A program made the position numbers and the translations under genes. Below are positions 10,210-20,770 of a DNA stretch of 64,000 bases, piece after piece. The DNA lies in the NCBI GenBank assembly GCA_038211425.1, contig JBBQVQ010000001.1:39991-103990 (forward strand), written 5' to 3'. Within the stretch, counting starts at the first letter, position 1. Each line of letters starts with the position of its first letter. The notes under the pieces were generated by a model. That model did no database searches. It was not told the DNA's origin and saw only the letters and a program-made list of their open reading frames with translations. This DNA comes from Candidatus Limnocylindria bacterium. GTDB taxonomy: Bacteria; Chloroflexota; Limnocylindria; P2-11E.

Positions 10210-11289
10210 CTACTTCTTCACCTTCTGCGCAAAGCTGTTGTCGAAGAGCGCCGCCGTGTCGACCGAGTCCGTTGGCTTCACATTCCCGCAGAGCTTCGGG
10301 TTCGCCTTGCAGTCCTCGACGTTGACCTTCAGGACGTTTTCCACGCCCTTCTGATCGATGACGCCCTCCGCAGAGAGATAACCCTTCGCGGCGTCGAGCG
10401 CCTTCACGTAGACGTCGAGGTCCTCTCCGGTCACGGTCTTCGGCAGCTTGGCCGCGATGTCCTTCGCCGCGTTCGCGGCGATGAAGCGGTCCGCACGGAC
10501 CAGCGCGTTCACGACGCGCTGGACGAGGCCGGGGCTCTTCTGGATGAACTCCTGCGTCGTGACCGCGCCGGTGAACTGGTAGTCACCGCCGAGGAGTTCC
10601 TTGGTGTCCTTCTCGCTGCGGTAGTCCTTCAGCACGAAGCCCTTGCCGGAACCCGCATAGATCGTCACGAACGGGTCGGAGTTCATGCACGCGTCGGCAG
10701 CACCAGAGTCAAGCGCGGCAGCCATCGTGCTCGAACCGCACGCCACGAACGTGTAGTCGCCCTCCTTGAGCCCCGCCTGGAGGAGCGCGTAGGTCGCCAG
10801 AAGGTGGGTGCCGGAGCCCTCGGATGTGCCGCCGACCTTCATACCCCTCAGGTCGGCGACGCTCTTCACCCTGTCCTTCAGGCGACTGGCGACCAGGAGG
10901 GCCACCCCGGGAAGGCGCGCGAACGACGTCACCATCTTCGTCGGCTTCCCCTGTAGCTGCGCTTTGATCGAGTGGTCGAGGGAGTTGCCGGAGAACTGCG
11001 CCGAGCCCGACAGCAGGGCCGCCGCGGCGGCGGTACCCGCCTGCTGGTACTGCAGGTCGACGTCAAGGCTCTCATCTTCGAAATAGCCGAGCGCCTTGGC
11101 GAGGTCCCACGGCAGATAGATGAGCGATGCGGCCGAGCCGACAGCGACGGTGATCTTCGCGCGCTCCGGCTTCGCTGTCACCGCCTCGCCCGATGCGGCC
11201 GCTGGCGCGCCCGCTCCTCCGCCACCCCCGCACGCTGACGACACCAGCACCATCGCGAGCGCCACGCCAAACAGGTCCCGCACCGCCAT
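10210..11289 (-). CDS. ABC transporter substrate-binding lipoprotein, NitT/TauT (SsuA/TauA-like) family
   Basis: Real start taken as MAVRDLFGVALAMVLVSSACGGG (signal peptide plus lipobox-like C) with strong aaggagg RBS. The upstream part of the 599-aa track ORF is judged spurious read-through. Confidence 0.75.
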   Translation of the reverse strand: MAVRDLFGVALAMVLVSSACGGGGGAGAPAAASGEAVTAKPERAKITVAVGSAASLIYLPWDLAKALGYFEDESLDVDLQYQQAGTAAAAALLSGSAQFSGNSLDHSIKAQLQGKPTKMVTSFARLPGVALLVASRLKDRVKSVADLRGMKVGGTSEGSGTHLLATYALLQAGLKEGDYTFVACGSSTMAAALDSGAADACMNSDPFVTIYAGSGKGFVLKDYRSEKDTKELLGGDYQFTGAVTTQEFIQKSPGLVQRVVNALVRADRFIAANAAKDIAAKLPKTVTGEDLDVYVKALDAAKGYLSAEGVIDQKGVENVLKVNVEDCKANPKLCGNVKPTDSVDTAALFDNSFAQKVKK

Positions 11290-11303
11290 ATCCGCCTCCT
11301 TTA

Positions 11304-12083
11304 CTAGCGCTCCCGCCGCGGTTTCCACCGCGAGAAGCGCGCTTCGACGACCTGGAACAGCGCGTCCAGCCCCAGGGCCAGGAACGCGATGATGACGATA
11401 CCGCCGAACACCCCGGTCGAGTCGAAGAACGCCTCGGCGTTCGCGATGCGGCGTCCCATCCCCTCGGTCGAGCCGATGTACTCCGCCACGACGGCGCCGG
11501 CGAAGGCGAATCCGGCACTCGTCCGGAGACTCGCGACGATGGCGCTGAACGCTGCGGGTAGGAGCACCTGGAACGTCACGTCCCGCCGGCGCGCGCCGAG
11601 GACGCGGACGTTGTCGATGAGCGTGCCGTCGACATCCCGCACGGCCGTGAACGTGGCGAAGAACACGATGAAGAACACGAGCGTCACCGCGAGCGCGACC
11701 TTGCTCGCGATGCCAAAACCGAAGGCGAGCACGAATACCGGCGCGAGAACCAGGCGGGGGATCGCATTGAACATCGAGAAGAGCGGATCGAACGCGGAGC
11801 CGAGCAGCTCGTTGCGCGCAAAAACGTAGCCGAGCCCGAGCCCGAAGAGCGTCCCGATGGCGAAGCCGAGGACGGTCTCGAGCAGCGTGATTCCGATGTC
11901 GCGATACGTGCCTGCGTCTTGCAGCCATTCCGCGATACGCGGCACGATGAGCGAAGGGCTCGAGTAGTAGAACTTGTCGAGCGCCCCCGTTTGGACCAGC
12001 GCCTGCCACCCGCCGACAAAGCCGGCGATGACGGCGACCTGGAGCCCGCGCACCAGGAACTGGCGTCGCGCCGCGGCGTTCAT
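11304..12083 (-). CDS. ABC transporter permease (TauC/SsuC-like)
   Basis: Six-TM permease with EAA-like loop. ATG at 12083 overlaps the ATPase stop (ATGA). Confidence 0.75.
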   Translation of the reverse strand: MNAAARRQFLVRGLQVAVIAGFVGGWQALVQTGALDKFYYSSPSLIVPRIAEWLQDAGTYRDIGITLLETVLGFAIGTLFGLGLGYVFARNELLGSAFDPLFSMFNAIPRLVLAPVFVLAFGFGIASKVALAVTLVFFIVFFATFTAVRDVDGTLIDNVRVLGARRRDVTFQVLLPAAFSAIVASLRTSAGFAFAGAVVAEYIGSTEGMGRRIANAEAFFDSTGVFGGIVIIAFLALGLDALFQVVEARFSRWKPRRER

Positions 12084-12916
12084 GGGGCGGCCTGGAGGCT
12101 TCGCTCGTACGACCGCGTCACCTCGTCGCGCAGGTCCGCCCACGCGCGCTCGTACAGCGCGACGAAATCGGGCGCGAAGCGGATGTCCATGACGTTCCGC
12201 GGCCTCGGCAGCCCGACCGGGTAACGCGCCTTGATGCGCCCTGGACTCGCTGTCATCACGACGATCTCGTCCGAAAGGGCGATCGCCTCCTCGAGGTCAT
12301 GCGTGATGAACAAAACGGTCTTTCCCGCGGCCCCCCAGAGACCCAGCAGTTCGTTCTCCATCAGGTTCCGCGTCTGCACGTCGAGAGCGGAGAACGGCTC
12401 GTCCATCAGGAGGACCGCCGGATCCGCGACGAGCGACTGCGCGAGCTGAGCGCGCTTGCGCATCCCGCCCGACAGCTGGTGGGGATAGTTGTCGCCGAAG
12501 GGCGCCAGGCCGACGCGGGCGATCCACTCGCCGACCCGTTCGCGCTGCGCGGCGCCGCTCACGCCGCGAAAGCGCAGCGGCAGCGCGACGTTCTCGCGGA
12601 CCGTGCGCCAGGGGAGCAGGGCGTCGCGCTGGAAGATGAAACCGACGTCGGTGCGGACACCAGCCACACGGGAGCCGCGGAGGATGACCTCGCCGCCCGA
12701 CGCCGGAAGCAGCCCCGACACGAGCGAGACGAGCGTCGACTTGCCGCACCCGGACGGGCCCACGACCGAGACGAAGCGGCCTGCGGGCACCATGAGGTCG
12801 ACGTGCTCGATCGCCACGAAGGGCTTCTTCCCGCCCTGGCCGTAGACCTTCGAAACGCCACGGAGCGCGATGACGACCTCGGGAGCGGGCGGGGCGATGC
12901 CCCGCGGCTCGATCAG
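12080..12916 (-). CDS. ABC transporter ATP-binding protein (SsuB/TauB-like)
   Basis: Walker A GPSGCGKST, signature LSGGMRKR, Walker B LLMDEPFSALD. No canonical start lies upstream of the motifs. An in-frame CTG at 12916 forms a CTGA overlap with the stop of the upstream HMGL-like gene. Confidence 0.7.
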   Translation of the reverse strand: MIEPRGIAPPAPEVVIALRGVSKVYGQGGKKPFVAIEHVDLMVPAGRFVSVVGPSGCGKSTLVSLVSGLLPASGGEVILRGSRVAGVRTDVGFIFQRDALLPWRTVRENVALPLRFRGVSGAAQRERVGEWIARVGLAPFGDNYPHQLSGGMRKRAQLAQSLVADPAVLLMDEPFSALDVQTRNLMENELLGLWGAAGKTVLFITHDLEEAIALSDEIVVMTASPGRIKARYPVGLPRPRNVMDIRFAPDFVALYERAWADLRDEVTRSYERSLQAAP

Positions 12917-13845
12917 CGCGGGGTGGCGGAGGGGACCGCCGCGCGGGCCCGCTCTGCCTTCTTCACGCGACCCGCCGATGGCCGCCCGACAAGGGCCTCC
13001 GCAACGTCCGCGGCGGCGAAGAGCTTCTGCCGATCCAGTCCCGTGGGCAGGCCGGCCTCGTCGAACATATAGGCGACGTCCTCCGTGGCGACGTTGCCCG
13101 TCGCCCCGGGCGCGAACGGACACCCGCCGAGCCCGGCGATCGACGCGTCGAACCGCCGGACGCCCATGCCGGCCGCGGACCAGGCATTCGCGAGGCCAAG
13201 GCCCCGCGTGTCGTGGAAGTGCGCCGCCCATGTCCGCGCGGCGGGCACGCCGCGTAAGAGAAGCTCGAAGAGGTCGCTCACCTGCGCGGGATTGGCGACG
13301 CCGATGGTGTCGGCGATGTCGAGATCGAGTGCTCCTGTCTCCGCGCATCGCTGCGCGATCCGCAGCACCGCGCGCGGCTCCACGCGCCCTGAGTAGGGGC
13401 AGCCGAAGCTCACGGCGATCGCGGCGCGCACGTTCACGCCGTCACGGTCTCCCCTCCGGCACAGCACCGACAGCTCCGAGAGCGAGCTCTCGACGGTCCG
13501 GCGCACGTTCCGCTCGTTGAACGCGTCGGACGCGGCCAGAACGAAGATGAGCTCGCGCAGGCCCGCCGCCGCGGCTCGCTCGTACCCTCGCTCGTTCGCC
13601 ACGAGCGCCACGTAGGAGATCTCTTCCCGGCGAGGCATGGCCGCGACGAGCGCCTCGGCATCGGCGAGCTGGGGCACGAGGTCGGGACGCACGAAGCTCG
13701 TCACCTCGAGCTCTCGCAGCCCGGTGTCGAGCAGCGCCTCGAGGAGGCGCAGCTTCCCTTCCGTATCCACGGGGGTCGACTCGTTCTGAAGGCCGTCGCG
13801 CAGGCCCACCTCCACGATGGTCGTGCCTGCGGCACCGCTTCTCAG
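12913..13845 (-). CDS. hydroxymethylglutaryl-CoA lyase family protein (HMGL-like; possibly citramalyl-CoA lyase type)
   Basis: TIVEVGLRDGLQNE TIM-barrel N-terminal motif, HFHDTRG, and typical C-terminus. A CTG at 13845 forms a CTGA overlap with the CoA-transferase stop. The first ATG is 35 codons further upstream, inside the neighbouring gene. Confidence 0.7.
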   Translation of the reverse strand: MRSGAAGTTIVEVGLRDGLQNESTPVDTEGKLRLLEALLDTGLRELEVTSFVRPDLVPQLADAEALVAAMPRREEISYVALVANERGYERAAAAGLRELIFVLAASDAFNERNVRRTVESSLSELSVLCRRGDRDGVNVRAAIAVSFGCPYSGRVEPRAVLRIAQRCAETGALDLDIADTIGVANPAQVSDLFELLLRGVPAARTWAAHFHDTRGLGLANAWSAAGMGVRRFDASIAGLGGCPFAPGATGNVATEDVAYMFDEAGLPTGLDRQKLFAAADVAEALVGRPSAGRVKKAERARAAVPSATPR

Positions 13846-14993
13846 ATGACCCCCTCCCGCGCGAGGCGGTCGAGCTCGTCGGGCTCGAGCCCGAGCAGCT
13901 CGCCGTACACCGCCGCATTGTCCGTCCCCAGCGTCTCGGGCCCCAGCCAATCCACCCGGCCGGGAGCTTCGGCGAACTTCGGGACGACACCCGGGATCGT
14001 CAGCGACGTGCCATCGCCGAGCGAGCGCTCGAGCAGCATGTCACGCGCCCGGTACTGCGGATCCCCCGTGATATCGGCCATGGAATAGATGGGTCCCGCG
14101 GGAACGCCCGCTGCCTCCAGCGCGACGAGGCACTCACGCAGCGTCAGGCCCCCCGTCCACGCGGCTATCGCCGCGTCGAGGAGTGAAGCGTCCATGGCCC
14201 TCCCGGGATTCGTCCGGTACCGCTCCACTTCGGCGAGATCGGGACGGCCGACGCACGCCATCAGCCGCTTGAACAGCTCGTCACTGTTGCCGCCGACGAC
14301 GACGAAGGCGCCGTCCGCGGTGGGATAGGTGTTCGACGGCGCGACGCCGGGGTAGGCTCCCCCCGAGCGCTCGCGGATCTCCCCCGAGTACACGTACTCG
14401 GTCACCGCTGCCTCCATCAGCGCGAACACCGCCTCGTACAGCGCGACGTCGACCGTGTCGCCGCGGCCGGTGCTTCCGCGACGAAGCAGGCCCGCGAGCG
14501 CGCCGATCACCGCGAAGAGGGCGGCGATCTCGTCCGCGAGCGAGATACCGGTGCGGGAAGGCGGCGCGTGCGGGTCGCCGGTGATGTAGCGGATCCCGCC
14601 CATGGCCTCGGCCACCGCGCCGAGCCCGGGTCGCTGGCGGTACGGGCCCGACTGGCCGAAACCGGATATGCGGACGACCACGAGGTCCGGCCGCTCCCGC
14701 CGCAGCTCGTCGGGACCGAGTCCCCACCGCTCGAGAGTTCCGGGCCGGAAGTTCTCGATCAGCACGTCGCTCTTGGCGACAAGACGTCGCGCCAGCGCCT
14801 GGCCCTCAGGCTTTCGCAGGTCAGCGGTCACGCAGCGCTTGTTGCGGGACTGGACGCGCCACCACAGCGATGTTCCCTCGTGGAGGTGCTTCCAGTCGCG
14901 GAGCGGATCGCCTCTGCCCGGAAGCTCGACCTTGATGACGTCCGCACCGAGGTCGGCGAGGATGCGCCCCGCGAAGGGGCCGGCGATCATCAT
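13842..14993 (-). CDS. CoA-transferase family III (CaiB/BaiF-like); true start lies upstream of 14993
   Basis: 383 aa from the first ATG. The conserved N-terminal element [11 protein letters not shown] (CaiB: PLAGLRVV..IEIAGPFAG) is encoded in frame upstream at 14994-15026. The frame is open to 15107 with no ATG/GTG/TTG/CTG; only ATC codons are available, the most plausible being 15071. Confidence 0.75.
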   Translation of the reverse strand: MMIAGPFAGRILADLGADVIKVELPGRGDPLRDWKHLHEGTSLWWRVQSRNKRCVTADLRKPEGQALARRLVAKSDVLIENFRPGTLERWGLGPDELRRERPDLVVVRISGFGQSGPYRQRPGLGAVAEAMGGIRYITGDPHAPPSRTGISLADEIAALFAVIGALAGLLRRGSTGRGDTVDVALYEAVFALMEAAVTEYVYSGEIRERSGGAYPGVAPSNTYPTADGAFVVVGGNSDELFKRLMACVGRPDLAEVERYRTNPGRAMDASLLDAAIAAWTGGLTLRECLVALEAAGVPAGPIYSMADITGDPQYRARDMLLERSLGDGTSLTIPGVVPKFAEAPGRVDWLGPETLGTDNAAVYGELLGLEPDELDRLAREGVI

Positions 14994-15161
14994 CCCGAGC
15001 TCGATCGCCCGGATGCCCGCGAGGGGACCCGGCGTCTTGGCTCGACTCGCGGCAGTCCCCTGGGCCTCGATGCCGCGATTATGTCCGGTGTCGACGCAGC
15101 GTCCGTTCGGCTAGACTCGCTTCGAAGAAGAGATCCAGAAGGATCCAGGAAAGGACAACGG

Positions 15162-15434
15162 GTGCCGCCCGCCATCCGCGAGAGCAAGGCAGAGGTAATC
15201 GCCGCGTACCGCCGGACCGAGACCGACACCGGGTCACCGGAGGTCCAGATCGCGATCCTCACCGAGCGCATCAAGCATTTGACCGACCATCTGCGCACCG
15301 CGAAGCACGACAACCACAGCCGCCGCGGACTGCTCATGATGGTCGGACAGCGACGCCGCCTGCTTGCCTACCTCCATCGCAAGGACCCCGAGCGGTACCA
15401 GGCGATCATCGGACGGCTCGGGCTGCGGCGGTGA
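15162..15434 (+). CDS. rpsO: 30S ribosomal protein S15
   Basis: 90 aa with ..[49 protein letters not shown]... GTG start with aggaaagga RBS. Precedes pnp. Confidence 0.9.
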   Translation: MPPAIRESKAEVIAAYRRTETDTGSPEVQIAILTERIKHLTDHLRTAKHDNHSRRGLLMMVGQRRRLLAYLHRKDPERYQAIIGRLGLRR

Positions 15435-15478
15435 CAGCACAGCCCTAGCGGACCGCACCCGCGAGAAACAGCCACAAG

Positions 15479-17698
<2,220 letters not shown>

Positions 17699-17871
17699 CG
17701 ACGGGCTGGCCGACGCTCTCGCTCATCCTCCCCGCGTACAACGAGGCTCGCCGGCTACCGGCGAGCCTCGCGCATTGCGCCGAGTTCCTTCGCGCGCGAT
17801 CGCTCGAGGCCGAGATCATCGTCGTCGACGACGGCTCGACCGACGGCACGGGCGCGGCGTTCGCGGACACG

Positions 17872-18483
17872 GTGGCCACCCTTCCCCAGGCCCACCTCGC
17901 CTACCGGCTGCTCCCGATGCCGCACGCGGGAAAGGGGGGGGCCGTGCGCGCGGGGGTCGCGGCCGCGATCGGCGATCCGATCGTCTTCCTCGACGCCGAC
18001 CTCACGATCCCGGTCGAGAGCATCGACATGTTCATCGAGGCGCTGGCGGGAGGCGCCGACATCGCCGTCGCTTCGCGCTACGTCAAGGGTGCGGTCGTCG
18101 AGCGGCCCTGGTGGCGCGTATTCATGGGCGTCGTCTTCCACACCTGCGTCCACCTCATCGTTCCGGTCGATGTGAACGACACTCAGTGCGGCGGTAAGGC
18201 ATACACGGCCGAGGCCGCGAAGTACCTCTTCCGCACCTCGCGCCTGGACGGCTTCGCATTCGACGCCGAGGTGATCTTCCTCGCCCGGAGGGAGGGATAC
18301 CGCGTGGCGGAGCTGCCGGTCGAACTGCGGCAGCGCGGGGAGACGAGCATCGACTTCCTCGCGGACACCCTCCGCATGCTTCGCGATCTCGTGCTGATCC
18401 GGTTCAACGCCGCCACGGGGCGCTACGAAAGGCTCCGGCAACCGGCTCCGTCGCCGAGGCCGAGTCTCGGGCCGGGTGAGTGA
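17872..18483 (+). CDS. GT2-family glycosyltransferase (polyprenol-phosphate sugar transferase / DPM1- or HpnI-like); N-terminus extends upstream
   Basis: 17872 is the first canonical start (GTG). The same frame is open from 17620 and encodes the GT2 hallmarks LSLILPAYNE (about 17716-17745) and VVDDGSTDGT (about 17821-17850) upstream of it. The real start is therefore between 17620 and about 17725 and is non-canonical or unresolved. Confidence 0.7.
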   Translation: MATLPQAHLAYRLLPMPHAGKGGAVRAGVAAAIGDPIVFLDADLTIPVESIDMFIEALAGGADIAVASRYVKGAVVERPWWRVFMGVVFHTCVHLIVPVDVNDTQCGGKAYTAEAAKYLFRTSRLDGFAFDAEVIFLARREGYRVAELPVELRQRGETSIDFLADTLRMLRDLVLIRFNAATGRYERLRQPAPSPRPSLGPGE

Positions 18484-18647
18484 GCGCGCTCCGGGGGGAC
18501 TTCGGCCCCAGAGACCCCCGAGTGGCGTCCGGAGAAGTGCGCACGCCTCCGCGGTCCGCCGTCGATCTCGGCGCATCCCCGGAATGAAGGCGACCCCCGC
18601 TGCATGAGGCTTCTCGCAGCCCCTCCGACCACGGCCCCTCGGGGCCC

Positions 18648-19454
18648 CTGGTCGTCACCGCTGACGACCTGGGCTTCTCGGGAGCGGTGACGCGGGGCAT
18701 CCTCGCCGCGTACCGGAACGGCATCGTACGGTCGGCTTCGCTGCTGGTGACGTTTCCGGGGAGCGCCGAGGCGGCCGCGCTGGCCGTGCGCGAAAGCGGC
18801 CTCGAGGTGGGTTTGCACCTCGACCTTGTGGGGGGGCGGCCGGCGACCGATCCATCGGCGGTGCGCAGCATCGTTGACGGTGATGGCCGCTTTCATCCAC
18901 TCGGCGCGTTCGTGCGCAGGCTCGTCACCGGGCGTGTGCGCGCCGGCGAGATCGCGACGGAGGTGCGCGCGCAGGCGATGCGGGCGCGGTCGTTCGGGAT
19001 CGCCCCACTCGCGTGGGATTCACACCGGCATGTGCACCTGATCCCCTTCATCGCGCGCGTCGTGGGCGGGGTGGCCAGGGACGAAGGCGTGCGCTGGCTG
19101 CGGCGGGGCCGGTCGCCCGACGTCGCGCGAGGCTGGAAGCCACGGGCGCTGTCGGTGTCGACGGTCGCGAGCGAGAGATTCTTCGGCGGCATCCCCGGCA
19201 ACGATTGGTACCTCGATCTGTCGTCGTGGCGCCCGCGGCCCGGTCCCGCGGCACTCGGGCTCCTGGCGAGGGCGCCCGGCTCGGGCGAGCTCGGCTGCCA
19301 TCCCGGCCAGCTCGACGACGGGCCGGACGCGGGCGACGCGCTCGCGCCCCAGCGCGTGGCGGAGCTCGCCATGCTCACTGAACCAGCGCTGCGGGCGGCG
19401 CTCGCTCACCAGGTCGGCTGGCGCGTCCCGGCGCGCTCGGCGCGCGGGGGCTGA
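18648..19454 (+). CDS. YdjC/ChbG/HpnK-family carbohydrate deacetylase
   Basis: Conserved N-terminus LVVTADDLGFS..GI..A...G.V.S.SL (YdjC: LIVNADDFG) begins at CTG 18648. The first GTG is at 18687 and the frame is open from 18588. Confidence 0.7.
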   Translation: MVVTADDLGFSGAVTRGILAAYRNGIVRSASLLVTFPGSAEAAALAVRESGLEVGLHLDLVGGRPATDPSAVRSIVDGDGRFHPLGAFVRRLVTGRVRAGEIATEVRAQAMRARSFGIAPLAWDSHRHVHLIPFIARVVGGVARDEGVRWLRRGRSPDVARGWKPRALSVSTVASERFFGGIPGNDWYLDLSSWRPRPGPAALGLLARAPGSGELGCHPGQLDDGPDAGDALAPQRVAELAMLTEPALRAALAHQVGWRVPARSARGG

Positions 19455-20125
19455 TGCCGGGATCGACGACCAGCGGGGCGCTGCGCGATGCCCTCGAGCG
19501 CTACCGTCAGGCGCGTTTCGACACGCGCTGGCTGGTCCACGGTCGCGCCTTCCTGTCGGACCTGCCGTTCGTCGAACAATACGTTCCGCGCCACGGTTTC
19601 ATCGTGGACCTGGGCTGCGGCCAGGGCCTGTTCAGCAACCTGCTCAAGGAGGTATCGCCGCAGCGCCGCGTGCTGGGGATCGACGTCGATGCGAGCAAGA
19701 TCGAGATCGCCAGACGGACGATCCAGGGTCGGGAGGGCCTGCGCTTCGAGGTCGGCGACATCACGGCAGCTCCGCCGCCGCGCTGCGACGCGATCGTCAT
19801 CGTGGACGTCCTGTATCTCCTGCCCTCCGAGGCGCAGGAGGCCGTCCTGCGGAACTCCGCAACAGCGCTGTCGGAGAACGCACCGGTCGTCGTGAAGGCC
19901 CAGGAGAGATCGGTCGGGCCGAAGTACGCACTCACCTTCGCGCAGGAGATGATGAGCGTCGCCCTGGGCTTCACGCGGGGTGGCCACGGCCTGCATTTCC
20001 CCTCGCGCGGCGAGGCGCTCGACCTCTTTGGACGCAGCGGGCTGCTCGCGCACGTCGTCGAAATGCGCCGCCGCCCGTACACCGACGTGGTGTATCTGGC
20101 GCGAAAAGCGCCGCGGGTCGGGTAG
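19454..20125 (+). CDS. class I SAM-dependent methyltransferase
   Basis: VDLGCGQG motif I, acidic post-I residue, IVIVDVLYLL motif. ATG overlapping the upstream stop. Confidence 0.8.
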   Translation: MPGSTTSGALRDALERYRQARFDTRWLVHGRAFLSDLPFVEQYVPRHGFIVDLGCGQGLFSNLLKEVSPQRRVLGIDVDASKIEIARRTIQGREGLRFEVGDITAAPPPRCDAIVIVDVLYLLPSEAQEAVLRNSATALSENAPVVVKAQERSVGPKYALTFAQEMMSVALGFTRGGHGLHFPSRGEALDLFGRSGLLAHVVEMRRRPYTDVVYLARKAPRVG

Positions 20126-20140
20126 GGTCCGCATAATCCG

Positions 20141-20770
20141 ATGATGGAAGGGCCTGAGGAACTCCAGCTCTCCTCGCTCGCGGCCGAGATACGCGCGTGC
20201 ACGGCGTGCCCACTGCATCGGAGCGCGCGCCAGGCCGTGCCCGGGGAGGGCAGCGCCGTCTCGGGCATCCTCATGCTGGGCGAGGCGCCCGGCTACCACG
20301 AGGACGTCCAGGGACGGCCGTTCGTCGGCGCGGCCGGTCAGCTCCTCGACGAGCTGCTCCGGGACATCGGCCTCGACCGCTCCAGCGTGTTCATCACGAA
20401 CGTGGTGCGGCATCGACCTCCCGACAACCGCGACCCGCTGCCCGAGGAGGTGCTCGCGTGCGACCAGTGGCTGCGGCGGCACATCGAGGTGCTGCGGCCG
20501 CGGGTCATCGTCACGCTCGGCCGCCACGCGATGTTGCGATTCCTGCCTGGCGAATCGATCTCGCGCATCCACGGGAAGCCGCGCCGCGTGGATGGCCAGC
20601 CGCTCTTCCCCGTCTACCACCCGGCGGCCGCGCTGCATCAGCCGTCACTGCGGGCCGAGCTTGCCGCGGACTTCCGCGCGCTCGCGGCCTTCCTTGCGGC
20701 GTCGTCGCAGCCGCGCACCGGCGAACCGGCGCCGAAGCAGCCGGCGGATCAGATGACGCTCTTTGGCTGA
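20141..20770 (+). CDS. uracil-DNA glycosylase, family 4 (Fe-S type)
   Basis: CTACPLH..GEAPG..F.G.AG Fe-S cluster motifs and HPAA.L. Confidence 0.85.
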   Translation: MMEGPEELQLSSLAAEIRACTACPLHRSARQAVPGEGSAVSGILMLGEAPGYHEDVQGRPFVGAAGQLLDELLRDIGLDRSSVFITNVVRHRPPDNRDPLPEEVLACDQWLRRHIEVLRPRVIVTLGRHAMLRFLPGESISRIHGKPRRVDGQPLFPVYHPAAALHQPSLRAELAADFRALAAFLAASSQPRTGEPAPKQPADQMTLFG

